From Fonticula alba ATCC 38817 (taxonomy: Eukaryota; Protista; Nucleariida), in NCBI GenBank assembly GCA_000388065.2, contig KB932212.1: a stretch of DNA of 8,266 bases. One strand, 5' to 3'. Of this stretch, positions 1-8,234 are shown piece by piece (the first letter of the stretch is position 1; each line of letters starts with the position of its first letter). The notes below the pieces were generated by a model. It saw nothing but the letters and a program-made list of their open reading frames with translations, did no database searches and was not told the origin of the DNA. The position numbers and the translations under genes were made by a program.

Positions 1-78
1 GCGACCGAAATCGCTGGGGCGACGAAATGTTGCCCAGGCCCCGGGCCCGAGAGCCCGGAGTGTGAGGCATGGGCAGTG

Positions 79-102
79 GCGTGCGGGCGTGCGGGCGTGC
101 GG
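79..102. repeat. Short tandem repeat (GCGTGCGG)3
   Basis: Counted directly. Confidence 0.85.
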
Positions 103-690
103 GCCGGCGTGCGTATGCTCGGGAGCACGCAAGTTCGCGCGCGCTCATGCGGAGACACAGCTGCCCGGACCGCTGTCCGGCGCGCAGTGGCAGATCGGCC
201 ATGTATCAGGGGGGCAGCGGCGGAAAAACCGCTTGGGGCCCGGCGACCCGGCCGATCAACCGTGTCACCCGGCCCCTTTCCGACCGCGGGCCCCCCTTGA
301 GGGAAACGCGCCACTGCTCGCCCCTCGTTCACCCCTCGGCCGCCCCGGCCCCCGCCCCCGGGGGGACGAGGGGGGGATAAGGAAGGGAAAAAAGGCCCCA
401 GCGGCCGGAGGCGCATCTGTGCGCCCGCGCTCAGATCACCCAACTCCGGAGACAGTTGCCCGGGGACCTGTCGCCCTTGGCGAGGCGCGCCGGGGCGCGC
501 GGGTTACCTGGATGCCCGCCCCCTCAATGTGTGGACGGCGGTGAGCCCCGGTTCCGGCGGGGGACTCCGGCCGGGCGTCCTTCCGGCCCCTCGCACGGCT
601 CGCCGGCGCTCCGCTGCGTGAGGCTCCCTCGACGCGGCGGAGGGGCCGGGCCCGGCGCGCGATCGCGACCTGCGGTGCCGCGCGTCCGCA

Positions 691-730
691 CACCGCACCG
701 CACCGCACCGCACCGCACCGCACCGCACCG
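691..730. repeat. Perfect pentanucleotide tandem repeat (CACCG)8
   Basis: Counted directly. Confidence 0.95.
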
Positions 731-1614
731 ACGTCCTCCCCCCTGGCCGTCTCACAGCCAGACGAGGGGGCAAGGCGTGCTCGGTGCTCGTGCTTGTGCT
801 CATGAAGGGCCAGGCGCCGGGCCAACATCTGTCAACGGCCTTTCTGGGGCGCCGGGCCCCTTTTGGCGGGGATATTGGAATCCAGCAGCCGACCATCCCC
901 CCGTCCCCCCGGCCACGGAGAATCGCGCAGGCCCCGGCACTCGTATTCTATAATGGCCATCCTTGGGCGGTCGTGCGTGCGTTTGGGCTTTTCGCCCATT
1001 CCTCCCCAGCCCCAGGAAGGGCAGAGGCGAACATGGTGACGATCGCCCTGGTGGGACCCCCTCCCGGGAGAAGGATCGAGCAGGCCGGGGCTCTCTGCTG
1101 GTGAGCAATATTTATGCCCGATTTCCCGCCCAGGTCCCGGCTCCCCGGCTCCCCGGGCCCCCGGGCGTCCAATCCTCCGGCACAGATCCCCCCGCCCTCG
1201 GTGTGTCTGTCTGTCCCCCGGGCGGAGGGCCGGCGCAGAGGGGACGCTGCCGGGGGGGGGGGGGGGGCGCGGGTCGGGCGCATGAAAAGCCCAGCCCTGT
1301 GGGAAATCCCCCGTCGGCGCCCGGGCCGTTCTCACGCTAGCGTCTAGGGTGTCCTTCCTCCCCGGGGACTTTTCCGGCGCGAGGGGCGGCCGTCGAGGGA
1401 GAACGAGACCCGGCGCTGGTGGGGGTGCGCGGCGCTGCCGCACGCGTGCTGCCAGCCGAGGCGAAGGGCAGGACCTGGGAACTGAGCCCCCCCCCCTCCC
1501 CCCCCCCCCGCCCCTTCGCGTGCGCACACACTCGCGGAGGACCGGCCGGAGAGGCACGCACGCCAGCGTGTGGCGCACGCATGCACGGGCACATACTCGC
1601 GCTTGAGTGAGCGT

Positions 1615-1632
1615 GCGCGCGCGCGCGCGCGC
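1615..1632. repeat. (GC)9 dinucleotide run within an alternating purine-pyrimidine tract (1611-1633)
   Basis: Counted directly. Confidence 0.9.
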
Positions 1633-1691
1633 TTGCCCGTACACGCCCCACCACACCTCGGGCAGGGGCGAGACAGATGTCATGGCGAATC

Positions 1692-1779
1692 CCAATTGGC
1701 GGCTGAGGAGCGCGCCCGGCGCCCGTGGTCACGCGGTAGTCACGCGCCATTTGTCGTTAGTTTTTAAAATCCCCCGCCC
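1692..1779. promoter_or_regulatory. Candidate RFC1 promoter cluster: palindromic CCAATTGG, tandem GTCACGCG x2, TTTTTAAAAT and a GC box
   Basis: CCAATTGG 1692-1699; GTCACGCG at 1728-1735 and 1739-1746; AT-rich tttttaaaat 1761-1770 in a very GC-rich background; cccgccc within 1771-1779. It lies ~280 nt upstream of the ATG. Function is inferred only. Confidence 0.4.
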
Positions 1780-2055
1780 AGTCGCGCTGCCCCTGCCGGG
1801 TGCCAGCGCGTCCCCGCGCCACGGCCGGATCGTCTCCTTCCCCCTCGTGCTCTGCTCCCCCCCCCCGCCGCACCGCGCCTCGTGGGGCCTCGCTCAAGTG
1901 CCGCCAAGCAGCCGTGACGCCCTGGCGGGCACGCACCACCCCCCGCACCCTCCCCCCCCCTCTCCGCCTTTCTCTCTCCCCCTCCCTCGCCCCATTTGAT
2001 AGCTCTCTTTCTCCGTCCACCTGCCCTCTGCCGCCCCCCCCCCCCCCGTGCCCCC

Positions 2056-5000
2056 ATGAATTACTACGCCTATAAGGCCCTGAAGACCGGGCCCTCCAAT
2101 CCCGGCAGCAAGCCCGTGCCGGCCGGCGCGCCGGACTGCCTCAAGGGGATTGCCTTTGTCTTCACCGGCGAGCTGGAATCCACCGATCGCGAGGTGGCCG
2201 AGCAGCTGGTCAAGCGCTGCGGCGGGTGCGTCCCTCCGCTCCTCCCTCCCGGCCCGCCCTCCCCCGGCCAGACTCGTAAGCATGTGTGCATGCCGCTCGA
2301 CAGCCCCCCATCCCCTCCCTCTCCCCCCCCCCCAAGCCCTGACGCTCACCCCCACCACCCCCACCACGGCCCCCTTTCGTAGCTTCGTCCGGACATCGAT
2401 CAGCTCCAAGACCAACTACGTGGTGGTCGGCGAGAATCCCGGCCCCTCGAAGATGGCCAAGACCCTGTCGCTGAAGGTGCCCACCCTGACGGAAGACGAG
2501 TTCTTGGACCTGGTGCGCACGCGATCCGGCGAGTCGGCCCCCGAACCGGCGGCTCCGGCCACCGCGGTTGCCAGCACCCCGGCCCTGAAGGCCGAGTCCT
2601 CGCCGACCGCCGGGTCGCCGGTGGCGGCCGACACGCCGAGCACGGCCCCCGCCGGGCCGGCCCCCGCCGGACCGGCTGCCACCGCCAGCCCGCCCGGCAG
2701 CAACCGCCTGGGGAACTTCTTCGGTGCCACATCGGCCCCGCTGGCGCCGATTCAGATGCGCCGGCCGGCCGACCCGCCAGTCGCGGCCGCGGCCGCGCCC
2801 GAGACCACACACAACCGTCCCCTGCCAGCCGTGGGGTCGGGCCCGGCGGCCGCCAGCGCCGCGGCCCAAACCGAGCAGCTCCTCTGGACCGACAAGTACC
2901 GGCCCACCAGCATGGATGACATTGTCGGCAACAAGCAGAATGTCCAGCAGCTGATGGCCTGGCTGCGGAGCTACTCGCCCAATCCGAATGCCTCGCTGCA
3001 GCAGCGCGCCGTGCTGATCAGCGGCCCGCCCGGCATCGGCAAGACCACCGCCGCGCACCTGGTGGCCAAGGCCTGCGGGTATGATGTCATCGAGTTCAAT
3101 GCCAGCGACACGCGCAGCAAGAACCTCCTGCGCGAGCAGCTCGGCTCGGCCATCCAGAGCCACGGCATCGGGTCCTTCTTCAAGTCGGCCCCCAGCGCGA
3201 CGGCCGCCCCGGCAGCCGCCGCCGCCGGCGCCGCCCCCCGACCGGTGCTCTACATCATGGACGAGGTGGACGGCATGTCGGCCGGCGACCGCGGTGGCAG
3301 CGGCGAGCTCATCCAGCTGATCAAGGCCTCCCGGGTGCCGATCATCTGCATCTGCAACGACGCCATCAGCCCCAAGGTCCGCAGCCTGCAGAACCACTGC
3401 CTGCACCTGCGCTTTGCCCGGTGCGTGCGGCCACCCGCGTGGGCATTTGCGTGCTCGCGCTCGCCCGTCCATTTCACGGCCCGTTTGCCCGCCCGCCCGC
3501 CCGCCCCCCCTTCCTTTTCGGCAGCTGACCCCCTTTTCCTCCTCCTCCTCCTCCGCCGGCCCCGCGTGGCATACAGGCCAAGCGCCGCCATGGTTTCCAG
3601 CCGCATCCGGCAGATCGTGCAGAGGTGCGCCTGCTGGCCCTGTCCCGACCATGCCCTCCTCCCTGCGGGGGGGGATTCCCCCTCTCGGCGCTGACATCGT
3701 CCCCCGTCCCCCGTCCCCCCCTCCCGCCCACTCGCCATGTCTCCTTCCGGTCGACCTCCACAGGGAGGGCCTCGAAATCGAGCAGAACGCCATCGACCAG
3801 CTGGTGGCGTCGACACACAATGACATCCGCCAGGTGATCAACCTCCTGTCCACCTTCGCCCTCAAGACCAAGGCCACCGGGCTGTCCAGCCACATCACCT
3901 ACGACTCGGCCCGGCTTCTGTGCGTGCTGTGCCCCCCCCCCCCCCCCCCTCCTCTCTCCAGCCCCTGGTCTGTGTGCCCGGCCGTGCGGCGCTCGACTAA
4001 CGCCCCTCCCTCGCCCTGTCGGCGCTCCCACCTCCGCCGCCTGGGCATGCCCACAGATCCGAGAACAACAAGGACCTGGAATTCGGCCCCTTCGACCTGA
4101 TTGGCCGGTTTTTGTCGTCACAGTACTCGCGCTACTCGGTGTCCGAGCACATGGACCATTACTTCTCCGACTACTCGCTGATGCCTCTGATGATTCAGGT
4201 GCGTCGCAGGCTGCCCATGTTCCCTGCCCCCTGACCCCCCCCCCNNNNNNNNNNNNNNNNNNNNNNNNNNNNNNNNNNNNNNNNNNNNNNNNNNNNNNNN
4301 NNNNNNNNNNNNNNNNNNNNNNCCCCCCCCCCCCTGCCCCGACCGCCGCCGCCGCCGCCGCCCCGCCTCAACGCTGCCCTGCATGTGCCAACAGGAGCCA
4401 GGGCTTCTCGCTGCTGCCGGCGCACTCGATCCTCTCAAGTGTCCTGCCCTCTTTCTACATCCACGGGCAGGTGGGCAGCCGCTTTGAGTTCCCCTCGTGG
4501 CTGGGCCAGAACTCGACGGCCAGCCGGGGGCAGCGCCTGACGCGCGAGCACCACTCGCAGTCGCTCCTCGAGGTGTCGGCCTCGCGCACGGAATACCGGC
4601 TGGACTACATGCCGCACCTGATGGACCGCATTGTGACCCCCCTGCGGGAGGAGGGCACCGATGGCATCGACGCGGCCATCGGCATCATGGACGATTACAC
4701 CATCCTGCGTAGCCAGCTGGATGACTTTGGCGATGTCAATGGCGACCCGCGCGGCGGCGCGGCCGCCATCCAGAAGATGACCCAAACCGGCCGCGTGACC
4801 ATCCCCCTCGGGCCGAAGAAGATCCCCTTCGACACCCTGGGCACCCAGGTGAAGGCGGCCTTCACGCGGTCGTACAACTCCCGGCCCCATACCTTCGGGC
4901 ACCTGGCCGGGGCGGCGGCCGTCGGCGGGTCATCCCGCACCCGGGCCAGCACCTCGACCGCTGGCCTGATGCCCGAGGACCCGGACTTCGAGCCGGAAGT

Positions 5001-5151
5001 CGTCGCCAGCGACAGCGACTCCGAGGCCGCCTCGGCCAGCGGCTCCGAGGAGAAGATCTTCACCGGGGCCCTGGCCAAGCGCCGGGTGCCCAAGAAGCGT
5101 GCCGGGGCCGCCCCCAAGAAAGCCCCTGCCACCAAGAAGGCCCGCTCGTGA
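2056..5151 (+). CDS. RFC1: Replication factor C subunit 1 (large clamp-loader subunit), spliced. Exons: 2056-2225, 2383-3420, 3577-3624, 3764-3919, 4057-4198, [probable exon in the N gap], 4395-5151. About 769 visible codons.
   Basis: Joining at GT..AG sites keeps frame across four junctions and yields RFC1 motifs in order: GPSNPGSKPVPAGAPDCLKGIAFVFTGELES..RCGG|FVRTSISSKTNYVVVGENPGPSK (BRCT); LLWTDKYRP; Walker A GPPGIGKTT; EFNASDTRS; Walker B IMDEVDGM; PIICICND; DIRQVINLL; YFSDYSLMPLMIQ; SLLPAHS..FPSWLGQNS; VKAAFTRSYN; then an acidic and Lys-rich tail ending at TGA 5149-5151. Identified by motif recognition, no database search. Confidence 0.95.
2137..2518 (+). other. RFC1: RFC1 BRCT domain coding region (split by intron 2226-2382)
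   Basis: CLKGIAFVFTGELESTDREVAEQLVKRCGGFVRTSISSKTNYVVVGENPGPSK..LTEDEFLDLV matches the RFC1/NAD-ligase-type BRCT pattern (TG, GG, SxKT, G-x-SK). Boundaries approximate. Confidence 0.88.
2879..3890 (+). other. RFC1: RFC1 AAA+ clamp-loader ATPase module coding region
   Basis: WTDKYRP (2885-2905), Walker A GPPGIGKTT (3023-3049), PCNA-contact-like SHGIGSFF, Walker B MDEVDGM (from 3257), and DIRQVIN in exon 4. Boundaries approximate. Confidence 0.9.
4245..4322. other. Assembly gap (78 N) inside RFC1, flanked on both sides by poly-C
   Basis: N run seen directly, with C runs at 4235-4244 and 4323-4333. Confidence 0.99.
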
Positions 5152-5206
5152 CCCGGCTCTCGCGTGCGCCGGTCCCCCCCGTCGCCTCGGTGGACCTCCC
5201 TTTCTG

Positions 5207-5262
5207 TCTCTCTCTCTCTCTCCCTCCCTCTCTCTCTCTCTCTCTCTCCTTTCCCTCCCCCT
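5207..5262. repeat. Polypyrimidine/(TC)n microsatellite, (TC)8-CCTCCC-(TC)10, between the convergent genes
   Basis: Read directly; uninterrupted pyrimidine run on +. Confidence 0.9.
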
Positions 5263-5374
5263 ATATCGCCCCTTGTGCACCCCTTTCCTCCGCCTCCCCC
5301 GCCCCCGGCGAGGCCATTTGCGTGACAGAGGGGGACGTGCAGGAAAACATCAGTCCAATAGAATGCATGTCCTA

Positions 5375-6495
5375 TCATTTGTTAGGCGCCCGCGCCGCTG
5401 TGGCCCTCCTCTCCCAACCTGGGGGGAAGGGGTCCGCTATCCCGAGGTGCCGGCGTGTGGCCTCCGGACTGAGGATGGTGCTGGGAGGCAAGGCGCCCGG
5501 GAAATCCCGCGTCGCGGTCCGTGGAGCTGGGGTCATGGCCGGGGAGTCTAGCATCCGAGCGGCCGCGGCCAAGCACTCGGCAAATGCGACATGGAGGCTG
5601 GACAAGTTGCGAACGCGCTGCAGCAGCGTCCTCGCGTGGGGGCATTCCCTGGAGTCGGGTGCCAATATGTGAAGAGGGCGCGAATGGGCGCGTGCGTGCG
5701 TGCGTGCGTACGTGTGCGTGTGCGTGTGCGTGTGCGTGTGCGTGTGTGTGAGCAGGCGAGCGGGTGGATGGGTGCCACTGGAGGTGTACGCACTGGAGCG
5801 TGAGCCCCCTCGGGGGATATGTTCGATTGAAGACCCTCGGGCCGATGGAGGACACGAAGTGCTGGCGAAAGGCCGTACAGTGGCCGAACCAGGCGTCCAG
5901 GAAGAGCGACGCGGTTTCGGCCGCAGAAGCCTGGTCCAAGAGAAGGCCGGCACATGGGTCAGCAAGACAGCCCTGCCATTGTGTGTGTGTGGAGAGAGAG
6001 AGAGAGAGAGAGAAGGGACAAAGGGGCCAGACCAAAGGGCCTTCCGCGGCCCGGGGAGCAGCATGCCGACACGTACTGCCACACTATCATGGGCAAGGAT
6101 GGCGGCTTGGGAGGCGTCCAGCGCCGGGGCCCGAGCTGGCCCCGTCGCATGGGACTCCAGGCAAAAGTCGCAAAATAGCAGACGCGCGGCGGCGGCCGGG
6201 CTCGGAGTACTCCGACCGGCCAGGAGCGGCCGGAAGGCGAGCACATCACACACCGGCCGCAAGGAGGCATGGCTGTGGGCGAACATGCGCTCGGCAAGTT
6301 CCAGCCGCACCGCGTGGATGGGGACATACTGTCATGCAGGGTGTTAAAAGGGCAAATGGCATGGTCGTGGCTGCAGGGGCCGGCGACGCACGGATAGGAG
6401 GTGGGCCCGGTCGGCGGCGTCTGCACGCGCCAGACAGAGGGCCGCCATCTCGGTCATCTTAGTAGGCATGCCTGCCAGCAATTCGACGGCCAGAC

Positions 6496-6530
<35 letters not shown>

Positions 6531-8234
6531 CAGCATGGGGCAGATCCAGGGGCCAGGCAAGGGGGGGGGGAGGGCGGTCGGAGCAAGCCAGGCCAACAGG
6601 CGTGAGTAGGAGACGAAGTTCGCAGATGGGACAGAGCGGGGACCATCCAAAGTGGCCAGCCGGCCAACACGCACCCCGGTCAACAGACGCATGAGGCCCC
6701 GGACCAGGGACTCGGGCAGATGCTCGGCTCGAGCCAGCAGGCCCATCAAGTGGTCCGGGTACCGGGAGTTGGCGTGCCACCGGGTTACCAGCCGACACAG
6801 GGCCCCGGTTCGCAGGGGAAAGTGCCCAGGGCACCGGTACGCGGCGGCCAGCTCGGCCAGGGCGCAATCCGCGAAGAGCTCCACAAAGTGCTGGAAGGCC
6901 GACAGGTGCACGGCCCCGGTGGACCCCCGCGCCGAGGTCGGCAGGAAGTGCATGGATGCCTTGCCCTGGGGCTGGTGGAAGTCCGTGAAGTCCAGCTCCA
7001 GCTCGGCCGCCGCCAAGACCGGGGCCCTTGGCGAGCGGACCCCAAGCCGGGGGCGCTTGCTCGGGGTCGGGGTCGAGGCCCGGGACCGGACCCGGGGGAA
7101 GTCCTCCAGCACCGCCTCGCCGGCTGACAGCGGGTACCGGTCCGGGTCCACACGCAGGAGGATCTCCTCGAAGCTGCCCCGGTCTGGCAGGCGCCGCGCG
7201 AAGAAGGCGTCGAACTGCCGGCCGGAGGGTGTGGTGTCAGGCGCCGAAGAGAGGAGCAGGGGGGCGGGAGGGCGGCAACGAGCGGGCATGCGCGGGTGGC
7301 GATGTGTGTGTGTGTGTGTGTGTGCCGGCGCACCGCTTCGATCATCGGCTGAACCGAGTACATGCTCCCCATGAGCAGGCGGATTGCGAAGCACTTGCGC
7401 TCGGCATGAACCGTCTGGGCCTTGGGCTGCGGCTGGAGCAGGCTGTATATGAGCGCCGCAATGTAGGCGCTGCTTGTGGCGCGAGGCCGGCCGGGAGCCA
7501 ACCGGAGGGGGGGGGGGGGCGGAGCGTCAGTGCGCGGCCGGTGGGGGACATCGTGCCAAGGCCAGGGCGGGCGGGGTCGCAGGGCGCACGGTCCAGGGCG
7601 GGCGTCGGCCCCATTGAAGTTTGTGATGGTGTTCCAGATGAAATCTACAAGCAGCCGGGTCAGGATCGTGCGCGGGGTCGTCGAAGGGCGCATGTGAGGG
7701 GCGCATGCTCCGGCGCGCACACGCGTACCATGGTTATTGGACACCAAGTCGCCCAGGGTGAAGTGGATGATGCGCGACGCTTCGTCGCTGGAATCGCCGG
7801 AGGCCGGGCCACCGCCCCGGGCGCCGGGGCGCTCGGCCAGGGCCCACAGCCACACGGACGCATGGAGCACGGCCCGGTGCCGGGGGAGAATGTGGTCCAG
7901 GCGGACGGTCACCCGGCGACCGGCCGTCAGAAGGAGCTGGGCCTTGCTCCGAGAGCGGCCAGCGGCACAGGGCGGGTCAGGACCGGGAGCAGGGGGCCGG
8001 CGGATGCTGGTGCGCCGGCTGCCGGCAATAGGCGAGGAGAATGGCGAGGGCGGGCGTGTCAGGACGCACGAAGAGCTGCACCGGCCGACCGGACCGGCTG
8101 GGTGGGCTTGCGAAGAGGCGCTCGATGCGCAGCAGGTCCAGCGACGCCTGGAGGGCGGCTTCCTCGGAGAGGATGTCATGGGCGGCCGGCGACGGCCCCT
8201 GGCCCCCCTGAGAAGGGGGCATCTGGAGAGACAT
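5375..8234 (-). CDS. Hypothetical protein of ~623 aa, no family recognised. Exons 5'->3': 8234-8070, 7936-7729, 7644-7590, 7469(or 7472)-7334, 7214-6675, 6496-6392, 6328-6077, 5930(or 5972)-5794, 5648-5375.
   Basis: Eight GT..AG introns (63-178 nt) with GTRCGY donors join nine segments with matching phases into one stop-free frame of 1872 nt ending at TGA 5377-5375. Introns carry poly-C/(CA)n/(CT)n tracts and several have CTGAC/TTAAC branch-like motifs. The start is uncertain: the gene could extend beyond the window via a ctccag|ATG acceptor near 8222. Several acceptors have in-frame alternatives. Confidence 0.72.
5691..5750. repeat. Compound (CGTG)n/(CGTGTG)6 repeat in the last intron of the minus-strand gene
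   Basis: Read directly; lies inside inferred intron 5793-5649. Confidence 0.9.
5981..6013. repeat. Compound (GT)5-G-(GA)11 microsatellite, intronic
   Basis: Read directly; lies inside inferred intron starting at 6076 on -. Confidence 0.9.
6498..6529. repeat. (TG)16 microsatellite abutting a minus-strand splice acceptor
   Basis: Counted directly; the minus strand reads (CA)16-G|TGTCTGGCC. Confidence 0.92.
7303..7324. repeat. (TG)11 microsatellite, intronic
   Basis: Counted directly; inside inferred intron 7333-7215. Confidence 0.92.

Noticed and set aside
501-512. GGGTTACCTGGA resembling the U1 snRNA 5' end
   Set aside because: It lacks the ACTTACCTG match and I saw no U1 stem-loops or Sm site downstream.
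691-730. (CACCG)8 as CRISPR or telomeric repeat
   Set aside because: No spacers, eukaryotic context, internal location and no match to a telomere motif I know; treated as a microsatellite.
62-953. ORFs 62-544, 69-380, 456-953, 436-828 and others
   Set aside because: Pro/Arg/Gly-rich low-complexity translations typical of GC-rich non-coding DNA, crossing simple repeats, with no consistent exon chain.
2150-3694. 514-aa ORF taken as the complete RFC1
   Set aside because: It begins in the wrong frame of exon 1, runs through intron 1 and reads through intron 2; the real gene is spliced and extends to 5151.
2210-3898. 562-aa minus-strand ORF, plus 4435-4902 and 4695-5378
   Set aside because: Antisense shadows of GC3-rich RFC1 codons; Gly/Arg/Ala low-complexity with no motifs.
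6785-8179. 464-aa and 311-aa minus-strand ORFs as independent genes
   Set aside because: They mix exons, read-through introns (HTHTHT repeat translations) and off-frame sequence of the single spliced gene.
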